DNA of 64,000 bases from Eledone cirrhosa (GCA_964016885.1 OZ024740.1:157480001-157544000), one strand, 5' to 3'; numbered from the stretch's first letter, positions 32,225 to 46,870 are shown. Numbers and translations are program-made. The notes: a model not told the origin generated them from the sequence alone.

Positions 32225-35200
32225 TTATTAATGGTTTGCACAGTAAATATTGTTATTATTTCATCTTTTACTACCCGTCAAGTTTTAACAAGGACATTGG
32301 TCAGGCAGCAATTTTTAGAGTACGTTTGTAATGCCCAACAAGGCAATATTTTGTAGGAGAGAAACTTGTGTTTTGAAATCTATTTTCTCGAGATACTTTC
32401 TCAGGTTTAGTGTTACCGAGTCCAAAGCTTCCATGGCCAATGAAATTTTCTTGATGTTGTTAGGTGGCATTGACTATATTTTGACTTTCAAGTCAGTATA
32501 TGTTGTTATTTTTTAAATTTCTTTCAATGCTGTGTTTTAGTCTCCTGTGATGATAGCATCGATAATCTGGTAATTAGGATTATTTATGTGAATAACTACA
32601 ATATCAGGTATGTTATGTTTAAGCCTGCGGTCCATTTGGATAATGAAGTCTCAAAGTAATTTGGGTTTGTCTCTGTCATCAGGGATACATTCTGGGACAT
32701 GCTGGTATCACATACACCTGATATCCATGTTTTTTGCACATTGGCCAATGAAGGTGCACACAGATATGATTATATATTCTGGGGCATACTGTAAAAGCTT
32801 TTCGTTACTATTTTTCAAGGGGTCGTTACTATTTTTCAAGGGGTCGTTACTATTTTTCAAGGGGTCTCCCATTCTCGATACATTTATCATCCCTGTTATG
32901 TGATCCATGTACAGCCAATTCACACTATTTTGTCCTTGTATTATGCGCAGTGTCATGGGATCTTATAACCAGGTCGAGAGGAAGCTTTCCTTGAAGGGTG
33001 AGGCTGAGGTGGAGAATGCGTAAATCACATCCGCTATGTATTCCCGCCTGTCCGTCGTGTCTCACCTCGGTTAACACCTGACTGCAGAGGAGTGTCTGCT
33101 TTTTCCCTATTTGTGGAAGTGTTCTGCTGGTCAAGCGGTGCATTTGCTGTCAGCACTCGCTGCGTTGAGGATTGGGCTAATGCTGTGCAGACATGCGCTG
33201 AGGTTACGACATCTCGATCTTTTCCTTAACAGTAAACAAGTGCTAGTCCCCAGTTCATCTCCAAGCGTTATTTACTGTATTCTGTCTCATTATGTACTTC
33301 TTTCGTTTTAAGTGGAGAGGCTATGATCTTGTGCTACAACTGGAAATCCTTTCGCTTGCCTACTTCCTCGCTATTTCGCTTTTCTGGACTTGTGACATGT
33401 AATGGTTTTTCTTGCCTTCTATTAAGTATGGTATTCTGGTGGTCTGTTTTCAATTTAGATTTTATGTGTTTTACAAGTTCTGTTGTTTTTTGTTCTTTGT
33501 TTTCGTTTTCCGAACAATTATCTGTCAGTCCAGCTTCTGTTCTGAATTTATTGGCTTCCATGAAGACAAAAAATACATTTTTGTTTTGTTCAGGTTTCGT
33601 GGTTATTTGCATTAACTTTCCTTTGATCTTCGTTAGATATTTTAAAAGTCATACAGTGGTTATTTTATAATAGTTTCCTAGTTGCAGAAGCCCCCTTCTT
33701 CCTTGTGTTCGTGATAGATACAATTTTTCTACATCTGATTTTGGATGGCGTATTCTAAATTCAGTCATTATGTTTCTTATTTTTCTGTCTATTCCTGCTC
33801 GTTTTTTTAGTATCCAGTTCAGAATATTAAAACTGTAGCATATACTGGGATCACTAGAGTATTGATGGCAATTACCTTATTCTTTTCATGTGGTTCAGTT
33901 TTAAGTAGTAATCTAATCCATCTATAGTATTACTTTCTAATCTTTCCTTTCATCTCTGTGTGTTGAACCCTGTCGAGTTCGTTGATTCTTACGTATTTGT
34001 ATGTCTGTGTTTTATTTAATTCTCTTATCTCAGTTTATTTATCTAGTATGATATTAGTGCTTTTCACTAGTATTCCTCACTCCAGAGTGGCCATGACACA
34101 TTTTTTATCCCAAATTCTATTATTATTATTACTATCATCCTTATTATTATTTTGCGCATTATCACTGAATTACAGTTTTAAGTCATCCATATACAGGAAA
34201 TGATTAATTTTCCTATTGTAACATTTATAACCTAGTCCAGTTTGGTTAGTTTCTCAGATGATGGTGTTAATGCTAAGCAGAAGAGCAGTGGTGATTGGGA
34301 GTCCCCTTGAAATATCTCTCTATTGGGATGGGTTCAGTTTTTATAGTTTCACCATTCGTTTCTATTTGTAGAATTGTTTGCCACTTACTCATGAGATGCC
34401 CAATAAAAGTTATTATTGTTGATGCTGTTTTATTCTTGGCTAGTGTCTTTAGTATCCATGTATGAGGCACACTATCAAATGCCTTTTGGTAGTAAATCCA
34501 TGCCTTGCTGAGATTTGTTTTGTTTTCTTTTTGCAATTTTCAGTTATGGTTTTATTTATTAGTAACTGGTCTTTATAGCCATATGAATCTTGGCAGCATC
34601 CTTTCTGTTCTTCTGGAAGCAGGTTGTTTTTACAGGTGTGTGGTCAATTTTTGCGATATTGTTGCAGCTAGGGTTTTATATATTGTAGGCAGGCATGTTA
34701 TGGGTCTGTAGTTTTTAGGGTTTGCTGTGTCATTGATCTTGGGGATCAGGGTGGTTTTTTCCCTTTAGTGAGTCAGTCAGGTGCGTTTTCTGGCTCTGTC
34801 AGCATCTCATTAAAGTTCCTTGCGAGAGTTCCATGTATCCCTGTTAACCAAAAGTTGGGGACCTTATCATGTGCTAGAGTCTTCCAGTTGGCTGTCCTTT
34901 TTATTGTGCTAGACACATTATCTGTTGTGATGTCTTCCCACAATTGTTCAGGTGCTGTGTTCGTTGTACCTGTTGTTTCTGTATATTGTAATTTAATTTC
35001 TCCTGCCCATAATTTTCTCCAGAACCTTTCCACTTCTTTTACTTTTGGTGCTACATTAACTTCTATTTTGCTCCTATTTAGTCCCTGGTCGAGTCGTTTG
35101 GGTTTGGAGTGAAATTGCTGGTTTTGTTAAAAAAAAATTTTCACATTTTTCCTATCTCCAGATTCTTTGTGCCTTTGCAAGTATTTGTGGTTTTAGACAT

Positions 35201-35840
35201 TCCATAGTCTCCCGGATTTCCTTTTTTGTTATATTATATTTCTTTAGTATTTTTATTTTCTTTCCTATTCCTAGTTTAGTTGTTTTATTTCCTATCTCGT
35301 TTCAGATTGAGAGGTCTTTTCTTTTGTTTTCTATCTTTTTTTTTGTATTTTTGTTTTCCATGTTTGTGTGGGTTTCGTTTTTCTTGCTTGTGTAGGCCTA
35401 AGGGGTACCCACTTTCTTTCGTAACAACTGTGGTTCTTGCATATATTATATTATTTAGCCTTGTGATACTGATGTTTTTATTCATGTTTATTAAATCTAT
35501 GATTGCTAGATTAGCGTTTTTTTTATAATGGTTGCTGTTTTATTATTAATCTTTATCTTTGGGAGGTGTATTTTCTGGTCCATAGTGAGATCTTCTATTG
35601 TTTGGAGTTCTTGGATTATTTCCATCTTTATCCTATTGTGGTCTTGAGTTTCGTCTTTAGGGATGGTGTTTTCTACATCTCTCTCCTCATATTTCTTTTC
35701 GTTTATATGTTTCATTATGTTGTCCTGACACTGTTTTTGTTCGTTAGTACTTGAGGCGTCTGTTGGTATTGGGGTTTGTTGTGCTTTGTTTACTTTATCT
35801 GTTTTAGGTATGTTGGTTTTTTCTTCATGTTTTAATTTCT
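32225..35840 (-). mobile_element. Degraded R4/Dong-like RLE non-LTR element, interrupted by an RTE-like 3' fragment (~32960-33235)
   Basis: WIYYQKAFDSVPHTWI, YMDDLKL, RGLLQL, C..H..C region, TDRRLKHNIPDI; (TAA)-rich flanks; 21-bp triplication at 32802-32864. Confidence 0.78.
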
Positions 35841-36350
35841 CAGAATAAATACGTTCGTTAGTTGTTTTGTTATTATTACTGTTATTATTATTAGCTGGAG
35901 ACAGTTCTAGATATGTTTTAATACAGATGTTCGAAGTTGGTTTCTAAATAGTTAAAACTGCATAAAAAATATGTTTTTGTTATTATCTTCATGAAGGCAA
36001 ATTTTGAACAATGGAAATCTGCTAATACAGGCTCAAAATGAATAAAATAAAACATGATAAAATAATATAAAATACAACTAGTTGTTAGACAATGTTTTTC
36101 TATGTTTTAACATGGTGAGCGGAAGGCCCACCAAAACAGCCATATTGAAGGTGAACATGTCTCCACTGATTTTAAATACATGCAAAAAAAGAAGTAAATT
36201 AACAGAAACATGTTACAGCAAAATACATGCATTTTCAAAGAGGAAAATATTGATATTTCTTTAGAGAATAATTCTGTCGAGAATGTTACTAATGATACGT
36301 TTGGTGAAAATAGCAACTACAATCAAAACCACACATACATACACGTATAC

Positions 36351-36426
<76 letters not shown>

Positions 36427-36874
36427 TCTGTCTCTTACAAGCATACATTGCAACTGGCAAACTTCAGTCGAGAGAAAGATCACACGAAGCTGTCACACAG
36501 GCATGACATTAAAGGGAGATAACCAATCACTACCTTAAGACTTTCTTTGTGTTATTCAAAGAAATATTAGAGACAACCCTCGCTGATTCGGGCGGTAAGA
36601 TTTCACTACATCGGAAAAGGGAAGACACAGCACTATAGAAGTTGCGGTTCGGTGAGTCGGGTTTTTATGGAGACAAAGTCTACAAGACAACAAAATGATC
36701 CCAAAGTTGTGTTCTGTAATAGGAGCCAAGGGAAATACTTTATACCCAGTGGTTGGGAGCTGAAAGCTCAGCTGCTATAAACATGACAGTAACATTCATT
36801 TAATTTTTTAAAGATATATATAAATGTATTTATAACGATGTAGTAAATGGTAGATTAGAAAAGTTTTTAATTAC

Positions 36875-36994
36875 CTCTTTGACACAACAATAACCTGGAC
36901 TGCATGAGTCTTTGTTTCCGGGGTCACAATTGTCTTGCACGTCGACCATCAAACCATTGATTTCTTTAATCTCTCCACTAACTCCGGGTATGGT
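36875..36994 (-). CDS. Internal exon of a prokineticin/colipase-fold cysteine-rich peptide gene (TIPGVSGEIKEINGLMVDVQDNCDPGNKDSCSPGYCCVKE)
   Basis: Minus strand: acceptor cttctcaatttttcag|, 120 nt open frame (phase 0/0), donor GAG|gtaatt. Encodes C-x7-C-x4-CC, the N-terminal half of the prokineticin/AVIT cysteine pattern. Confidence 0.85.
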
Positions 36995-37394
36995 CTGAAA
37001 AATTGAGAAGAGTAACGGACATGAAGTAGTTTGAAATGTATGTATGTATGTATGTATGTATGTATGTATGTATGTATGTATGTATGTATGTATGTATGTA
37101 TGTATGTATGTATGTATGTATGTATTATGTCAGGTCACTCTTGAGTGCTACTGGTAACATGTAACCCAGTACAACTTGTCACATGGTCGGGTCATCGGCG
37201 ACTAAACCGGCAACCCCACCAAGTTTACTTGGTGAGGGGGGGGATTTTGGACACCAGAAGGCGTTAGCCCCCGTGTTTGCATAGCTACGGCTTCCTAAAT
37301 GTTTCCTGTAAACATACCGTGTTTCTTTAGAAAAACGAAATTTCTATACATATTTGTATAAAGCTATGCTTGAAGCTAAATCCTATTTCTATTC

Positions 37395-37436
<42 letters not shown>

Positions 37437-37581
37437 GTGAAATAAAATAACAAGGACGATTGGTTATTCCTTCATTACGTTATAATACACTCTGTCTAGC
37501 TGTACACCTCGACACAGAAGTGAACCTAAACATCGAGTGCTCACCCAGGTGAACCTACAGTAACTCCAAGTTACACTCCCT

Positions 37582-37662
<81 letters not shown>

Positions 37663-37734
37663 TCGATCGTTCCTTCATATATATATATATATATATATGT
37701 ATGTATATACATGTATGCATGTGTATGTATATGC

Positions 37735-38015
37735 GCGGGGGCATAGAAATAATTGGGCTGGATTCACGATCGCGCAGTTAAACCACTGGGAGTGAAGGAC
37801 CCCTAGTCCTTGTCAGGGCATTCTTCTAGGAGAAGGCAACTCAGGAAACTGGGTTAACTCCGACATAAAACCCGCGGCTCAGTAGTTACCGATGATGTTG
37901 ATCTTTTCTTCTTTTCGGGCTATAGCTACTGTCGCTCAGACAGTGGGATTGGCTCAGTGCACAGTCTTTCCTCACTTCAAAAAAATCTTCACGCACAGGC
38001 ATTGCACGATAGAAT
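37735..38015 (+). repeat. RTE-5'UTR-like interspersed repeat (diverged copy at 63740-63950 minus)
   Basis: Shared ggagaagg.aaact...gatgatgttga...actgt.g.tcaga...gattgg sequence. Confidence 0.5.
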
Positions 38016-38244
38016 TAATTAATTAATTATTATTAGTAATGTTATGTGGTGCAATGGCCATGCTCGATAACGTGGGCGCAGCCATCATGTATGTATGTAT
38101 GCATGTGTGTATGTATGTAGGAATGTATGTATATATGTATGTGTGTGTGTGCATATGTATGTATATATATATATATTAATAGTAATAATAATAATATATA
38201 TGTATATACATATACATATATATTATTATTATTACTATATATAT

Positions 38245-38675
38245 ATATTGTTATACTTTGGGAGGGTCATGTTGCCAATAAGAAACACACGCACCAGAAA
38301 CACACACAGACACCCGGATGTAACACATGCGCAAACTAAGCACACAACACACACACAAAAACAAGATGGCGTAGGACAGAACAAAGGAGAGGCACAAAAA
38401 ACAAAGAAAAGAATCCCTAGTCACTGAAGAAGTCACAGAATGTGTGACGAAAGAACTTTGACAATATATAAACAACCATCTGGTTGTGGAACCAACCAAC
38501 CAACCGGAAATTTATAAATTCCTAAATTTATAAATTTATTATAATAAATTGAAGTGAAAGCAACTGGTGCGTGTGTTTCTTATTGGCAACATGACCCTCC
38601 CAAAGTATAACAATATCGGTTTCAACACACGTTTTCAGATAAAGAATCTTGCTAAACAAATTCAGAAACGAAATA
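38245..38675 (+). mobile_element. Family-B pLTR cassette: inverted end, hammerhead, pLTR end and tail
   Basis: 38245-38297 is inverted against 38564-38616. Related copies lie at 27005-27090 (minus) and 57590-57835. Confidence 0.8.
38420..38462 (+). ncRNA. Minimal type I hammerhead (family B pLTR; degenerate copy at 57666-57709)
   Basis: gtca-CTGAAGA-a-gtcaca-gaatg-tgtgac-GAAA-gaac-TT-tgac. Confidence 0.75.
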
Positions 38676-38722
38676 TATATATATATATTCATACAAATAC
38701 ACATACACACATACATATACAC

Positions 38723-38777
<55 letters not shown>

Positions 38778-38903
38778 TACATATGTATATATATATATAT
38801 ATATACATATATACATATGTATATATATATATATATATGTATGTAGGTATGTATGTATTATGCATGTATGTTCTTCAGGTTTTATTATTTTATAAATGTT
38901 CAC

Positions 38904-38948
38904 CAATAGAGAAAGTGCTGGTTTCCAACATAGACACAAGACTTTCAT
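38904..38948 (-). CDS. Candidate first coding exon ([15 protein letters not shown]) of the peptide gene
   Basis: ATG-initiated, moderately hydrophobic, ends in phase 0 before gtgaac (weak donor), and would join TIPGVSG|E. The true signal-peptide exon could be elsewhere or outside the window. Confidence 0.25.
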
Positions 38949-39108
38949 TGGAATTTAGACAACATCGACTAATTAAATGCTAGTGTTATTGTATGTGTGG
39001 CTCTGTATGATTTGAATTATATGTGTACAACTGCATATGTGCATCTGCAGTTATTACATGCTAAGGGCTTAATGAGGGATAAATGAATATTTCATTATTT
39101 ATTCTTAC

Positions 39109-39304
39109 CGTTAGATCCTACTTCTAAACTGCTATAACGACCTTCCTCTTTATGGTTACATGACATCGCAAGGTGATTGAACTCAGTGGCCGAGTGATAT
39201 CCAAAATAGCTTGTTTGATCGGCGATCGCTTCGACAAATGCCTGCTGAGGACGAGGTAACCAGTTCGAATTGTCTTTGCAATTACTGCGGATGTGCACAT
39301 GTAA
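39109..39304 (-). other. Candidate exon (5' UTR or unidentified coding)
   Basis: Unique sequence bounded by tttcag| and |gtaaga. One frame is open (LHVHIRSNCK...EVGSN) but ends in phase 1, which is incompatible with direct coding splicing to 36994. Confidence 0.3.
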
Positions 39305-39903
39305 CTGAAATTGCATTAACAGATAATGCATTAGAATCCACTACGGTCAGAATAAATATATCGTCCCTCTTGCTATTTGTTGTTGTTGTTTACTGTACGG
39401 TTTGTGGTCGAGTCCGTGGCAGTAGAGACTTCTGGGGTCCTTGGCCCTAGGGCCATCTCCCTGCTAACCACCATCGGCACAGAGTTGGCTGACCTCAGGT
39501 GCGAGCCTCACGAGCTGAAATGGCTCTTCCAGCGCATCTCTCTCACCATCCCCCGGGGAAACGCCTTCTCTATTCTGTCCGTCGGGGCCACGGGGCGGCC
39601 AGCGCGTGGGCCCCCATTTGTTTGCTTATAATAGTGAGAGATGGGGAGAGCGAGAGAGACGGAGGCAGTGACAGTGGGAGTTTGGTTCGTTCGTGTTCGG
39701 ACCTGCTGTATATGTTATATGTTCCACTGAAACACTCTCACGCAACTTTCTACATAGATTGTTCGCTATTATTCCTTTCTAAATCTAAGCAGTCCATTCT
39801 AAAACGACGTAATGTCTTGTATCATCGCGAGAGAGGGGTGGGGGAACCTTAAATAATTTGATTCGTTTTCCTTTTGTGTAATTGTACCTTAGATAAATTC
39901 CTT

Positions 39904-39961
<58 letters not shown>

Positions 39962-39962
<1 letters not shown>

Positions 39963-41616
39963 TAGCTGAATGACTCGGCGTTGCCCGAGTTACTAGTGTT
40001 CTTATTCAGATTAATAAACAATAAATATGGAGATATATATTTTTTCTCATAATTATTTCAAAATAACTATATTTTATAAAAAGAATATAAAAATTGTGAT
40101 GATAATAGAATTTAGAAATGAAAATCTGTCAATCTTTAAGCACCTCGGGGTAAACAATATTCATTTTTATTGGTGTCCGAATGAATAAATTGTTGCTGCT
40201 TCCAACTCGTGAGCAACCAGCATAGAGTTGACCGTGTGATAAATATGTAGTAGAAAGATCAAGTCCAACTACATTGAGGGATTGACTCAGAGATTTGTTA
40301 ATTGAAATAATATAACTTATTTTGACTGGAAACTGAAGCCTCTTAAATTCCAATGAAACAGCTGTAGGAATGAAAGGAATTTTAAGAATGAAGACAATTG
40401 TTTTCAATATTGTAAAGAAATAAGTATCAACATCCAAAATAAATATATATTAATCTCTATTTTTGTATGCAGTATAAAGTAACCAAATATAAGCAAATAT
40501 ATTAACTGGTAATGTAACGGTTTGAGAATGTAAATATAAACGAACAAACACATATGCCCTCACACAAACATACACTTATAAAAAACACACGCAGACATAT
40601 ATTCATACAAACACACGCATCTACTTATCTATCTATCTATCTCCCCATAGACTGGCACACTGAGTGTGCCCAGGCGCTCAGGGCTCTCTGGCAAGCGGGC
40701 CAGGCCATCGGTGGAAAATCCATCTCATCATTCTATAGAGGGCTGGTGGCTTGCAGGGGCGATGACACCTTTGGAGAGTCGCTGGACATGGACGAGGACG
40801 AACTGGCCAGCCTGTTCGGTAGGACTTTCGGCCCGGGACCAATGGACAACTTCCAGAAGTCACTAGCCTGACAGTGCTACCGGGGGGCTCTACCCGTTCG
40901 AGAGAGGCTCTACAGACACGGGCGCCCGGGCAGGGATCCCTCGAAAAAGATTTGCCCTAGATGCGTGCGTCACGAAGAAACCGTTGCGCACGCATTGGTG
41001 CAATGTCCGGGCGTGGCTGATCTGTAGGGCTACGCCGAACGACTGCTGTCGCGGGTGGCGCCGATTCGATTGACCGCCGAGTCCGTGATGACAATCAAGC
41101 CGCCTCCCCTCTTCACAAAGGAAGCAAAGGCGGTTTTTCTGTGCGTAATAGCCATGTTGAAAGAGGTTGTTTGGTGGACACGATTGAAAGGTCTGAGGTC
41201 AGGCAACTTCCTCTCTGGCCATAGTCTGGTCTACTTCTTCCGATATCACTTCGGAAGAAGGATAAGAATGGAGAGAGAGGTGCTTGGCCACAGGCAGTTT
41301 TATGAAAGGTGGGTGATAGTGGCGAGAATGGCTCGTGTAAATGGGCCTTCTCTGTATACCATCCTGTAGGTAAAGAAGTGAAGGAGAGGGGAGCACCTTC
41401 TCCATGTGCTCCCCGGGCAAAGGATTGCACACTTTTTCGGGGGTGTGTGCAACCCCCATCACGTCCCCTCCCTTTTGAGGTTGTTTTCGATTATTTTCAT
41501 TTTATACCCTTTTTACTCGATTTTATGTAAACTCCCCCTTTGTATTTGTCCCTTCTTTTTATGCCTTTATGGTAAATAAAGAAATATATCTATCTCCCCC
41601 TCTCTCGCCCCCCCCC

Positions 41617-41649
<33 letters not shown>

Positions 41650-41777
41650 CATTAATATAAGTATGAGTGTATGCAGGTAGATAAATGGAAAGATAGATAG
41701 ACCGATAGCCACCAAGGTTAGAAGACATCTGATATAAGGTAGTTAGAGACAAGCACACATATCTATTATTATATAGA
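39962..41777 (-). mobile_element. Non-autonomous Helitron with a PIF1-helicase remnant
   Basis: A|TCTATATAAT 5' end; 3' hairpin ctcgggcaacgccgag then CTAG|T; RLQFPVK..SINKS..QSL..VGLDL..SHGQLY..CSRV..NIVYPEVL at 40129-40350. Confidence 0.78.
40650..41585 (+). mobile_element. L1/Tx1-clade ORF2 C-terminal fragment (zf-RVT region)
   Basis: GC-rich; SLA*QCYRGALPVRERL..HG...CPRC...ETVAHALVQCP; AATAAA at ~41575. Confidence 0.75.
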
Positions 41778-41942
41778 TGTTTACGTATACATACTTATAC
41801 ATAAAGGAAATTATCGAAGATACGTATACAAATATATACATTCTGTGACATTTAAAACGTGTGTAATATTTCAAATATACCTTTAAAATGATTGATAACT
41901 GATAACATTAGAACAAAGCTAGCCTATTTGAAGAGGTAAGTA

Positions 41943-41977
<35 letters not shown>

Positions 41978-42061
41978 TGACGACCACAACGAAGACGATA
42001 ATAGCGCACACAGGTACACACACGTACTATGTGGCTTTTAAACACACACACATATATACAC

Positions 42062-42651
<590 letters not shown>

Positions 42652-42975
42652 TATATATACATATTGCTTTGGCCCCACTCGGTCACGAATGACCATAGTT
42701 TTGCACCTAAAATGTTTCCCTCCGAAGCACAAGCCTGAGCAAGGTTTGCTTTGTGGAAGACCAGCGGTTGCCCATGCTTACCAGCCTCCCCCTCTCCACG
42801 CCACCGATGTTGTCCAAGAGAAAGGCCGATACAGCTTGGCACCAGTGACGTCGCAACTCATTTCTACAGCTGAATAAACTGGACCAACGTGAAATAAAGT
42901 GTCTTGCTCAAGGACACAACGCATCACCTGGTCCGAGAATCGAACTCACAACCTCTCAATTGCAAGCCCAGTGTT

Positions 42976-43040
<65 letters not shown>

Positions 43041-43122
43041 TGAAAACTTGTACGGGAACAAAAACAGAGAGGTAGTACAAATAAAAATTTATTAGGTTCA
43101 CGCTCTTGAGAGTGTGGGGTGG

Positions 43123-43193
<71 letters not shown>

Positions 43194-43808
43194 CTTTGAA
43201 TTTAATATATATATATATATTGTCATAAAATATAATTTAATATATATATATATAAAATATAATTTAATATATATATATATATTGTCATAAAATATAAACA
43301 CACATACGCACGGAATCACTACTATTAAAGACCAGAGACCAATTCTGTAGAATCAGGTTTATTCGTTGACAGACCATGCCTTTGTGTGACCAACACATCC
43401 ATGTTAAACCCTGCACGTGCACACACATATATCTATATATATATATGCGCACACAGAATTCACCACTGTCGGTTGCGGGGCCCAATCTACATGAAGAACT
43501 CAATGTGATCAGAATGACTTGTATTTTAATTTCACTACCCTAACTTCTTATATTATGGAAACAATATATGTGTATGTATGTATATATATATATTTGGAGG
43601 CCATTTCTCTGTGTGTGGGTGTATGTATGTGTATATGTGTGTGTGTGTGTATGTGTGTGCATGTGGATGTATGTATTGTGTGTGCGTGTGTGTGTGTGTG
43701 TGTATATATATGTGTGTGTATGTGTATATATGTGTGTGTGTGTGTTTGTATGTGTGTATGTATATATATATGTGTGTGTGTATGTATGTGTGGGTGTGTG
43801 TATATATA

Positions 43809-43857
<49 letters not shown>

Positions 43858-43924
43858 ATGTGCATATATGTGTGTGTGTATGTGTGTATGTATGTGTGTG
43901 TGTATGTATGTGTGTATATGTATG

Positions 43925-43967
<43 letters not shown>

Positions 43968-44508
43968 GTGTATGTATATGTATATGTATGTATGTGTGGA
44001 TGAAGGTATGTGTGTATATATAGGTGTAAGTACACTAAATCCCTTTCTATCAATCTCCCCTCTCCTACCGAGCACAGGAAGATATATGTATGTATATTGC
44101 TTCCACCCTCTCACTGACCAGCAGCTGGCTATCTGGCCATTGCTAAATTTGACCTTTATAAAATAACCCACACCCCCAAATAACTTCTCATTCACTACCA
44201 GAAGCAGTCAACGAGCTGCTACCAAGATGAAAACTACTATGAAATCCCACAATGAATTTTATACTTGAATTTTCAAATCTCAAATTTTAACTCTTCTTAT
44301 TATTAATTTTTCTTAATATTAATCAACATTTGAAAAGATGTCTTTTGCAGACCCATCGAAACCGGTCATTTTTTATACCCTTTATTATTTCCTTACCTTA
44401 TAAAATTATGTTTTTTCACAAAAAAGTATTCTGTCTCTTATATATTCCATGTGCCATTACCAACCTCAATTTTCTCTATAACCTTCGTTTTGTGTAGTAA
44501 ATTACACT

Positions 44509-44574
<66 letters not shown>

Positions 44575-44577
<3 letters not shown>

Positions 44578-44790
44578 GATAAATGTGAAGACTAAAATCC
44601 AAAGAGGGCTCGATAAGGATAAATATATATCAAATATATAATAACCCTAGAGCAAATATTTATTAAAATAACAGATTAAAGTTTAAGCAAAGAATCGGTG
44701 CTTTCACCCTTAACGGGACCTTCTGAAGATCCTGTTAAGGGTGAAAGCAGAGCGATTCTTTGCTTAAACTTTAATCTGTTATTTTAATAT
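44575..44790. mobile_element. Family-A fold-back cassette with tail, in (TA)n
   Basis: 44662-44727 is inverted against 44722-44789. The tail 44575-44660 matches 21492-21585. Confidence 0.75.
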
Positions 44791-44820
44791 ATATATATAT
44801 ACATACACGTATATATAATA

Positions 44821-44891
<71 letters not shown>

Positions 44892-45348
44892 TATATATAT
44901 GAATTCATTTGCCGCCAAAATAGGGCTTTTCTCCCCTTTGGACTTCACATGTGCTTTCGAACACTGTGGGTTCCTGGCGCACGCAGAACAAAATGCCTGT
45001 TGAGAAAGTGATATCCTTGTTCGATCATTATATCAAAAGCTTATTATTTTTTATAAGCAGAAAGTATTATTGTTTTAGGTGTCGCAGAAACCCTATATCG
45101 GATTATACCAGCATCCCCGAGGGTCCGGGTAAATATTTCAATCATATCTTATTTTGTTTCACCCGCTTAGCTTGCTCGCTTTTTTGGCTTAGGTGGTTAA
45201 TTGGTTCTTAACCATCGTCTCGGTTTTGTATGGCCTTTTTAACTTATGTTTATAGCTCTGGTATATTCATATCCATCGAGCGCTCGCCAACACAATTCGT
45301 AAGTTGCGTTTCACTAATTTCGACTCGCCGAAATGCGTTTCTCGCTAA

Positions 45349-45414
<66 letters not shown>

Positions 45415-45469
45415 TAAAACAGAAAACAAAAAACAAAAACAAAGCGAAGAGTCAAGTACAAAGTATATA

Positions 45470-45945
45470 TCAATATATATAAAACTGAGGTTGTCTGTCT
45501 GCCTGTCTGTCTACTAAAACGGTCGGCACACATCTCCTCTTAAACCGTATGTTCAAATTTCGCTGAAATTGCTACACTTATAGATGAAGGTCCGGCGGAG
45601 ACATCGGTCAAAAAATGTTTCAAATAGACCCACGCCAAGTGCAAAAATCGAATTTGTAATGTATTGATTTTTCAGTTCAAATGTATAAAGAGGGATGAGA
45701 GACGAGTTATTTCCCTTTTATGGCGTCATTTGATAATCTATTTTTGTTACGAACAAACTACGCGTACAAAAATACGCGAACAGTTTTCGGGCCAGCAAAA
45801 TTTTAACCTGCAAAAATCATGAGTTCAAAGTTTCAACATTAAGCTTCCATTTTGCTTCATTTCTATTAAAAAGTATTTTAAAACAATATTTCAGCGCATC
45901 AGCCTCGCCATCACCCGAGGCAACGCTGCGAGTGTGCTGGCTTGC
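45470..45945 (+). mobile_element. Short Helitron-like element
   Basis: TCAATATATATAAAA..(gtct)n 5' end and a degenerate acccgaggcaacgc 3' hairpin. Confidence 0.5.
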
Positions 45946-46336
45946 CTCAAAATTAGAGAGGTTGCCCAGTACTCGCGACGTTGCTGACTTTTGCTCTGGT
46001 GTTGGCTCCGTTTTTCACCTCTTCCTTTGCATTTCCTTTAATATTGTAGTTTATTTATTTAAAATATATTTGTTATGTTATTCTACTGTAAATTTATTTA
46101 TATGCTCTGTTTATACCCTCAAAAATCTATGAAACTACATACATGTTGCAACTCTCTCAATATATATATATCACACACACACATATACATATACATCTAA
46201 AGAGAGAAAGGGAGATGTAGAGAGAGAGAGTGAGATAGGTCGTTATATAGAGAGAGGTACAAGATAACCAGATAGAGAGAGAGGGAGAGAATGGCGACGA
46301 ACGCTGGTTCACACACACACAAGCACATATATATAT

Positions 46337-46409
<73 letters not shown>

Positions 46410-46534
46410 CGTTCTTTATTGTTCTCCATTCTGTAGGAGGAAGAGAGAGAGGGAGGTATGAGTGAGTGAGAGAGAGAGAGAAAGAGAGAGAGAGAGGGTA
46501 TGAGAAAAAAGGGAGAGGGGTTGAGAAAGAAAGA

Positions 46535-46870
46535 AAGTTTAAGCAAAGAATCGCTGCTTTCAACATTAACGGGATCTTCTTAAACTAATAAATTCAATCT
46601 GTGAACGCAGAATTAAATATTTCGAGAAACATTGCAACCGAAGGAAAACAGGAAGAAGATATTTTGGTTCGTGAAGACGTTCCCTGGTAATGAACGTAAA
46701 AAAAGCGAGGATAATACGTCGTTATGTGGATCGAGAAGAACAATTTCATGCAAAGACAAGACCAACTTTATGGTGTAAATGGAGTCGTTAGACTAATATT
46801 CTATTTAAAATAACCGAATGATTTCCAGCCCCGGAGTTTAAGAATGATGTAAATAAAATTGTAAACGAAA
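46535..46870 (-). mobile_element. Family-A PLE pLTR copy
   Basis: Reverse-complement similarity to 21150-21475. Confidence 0.7.
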
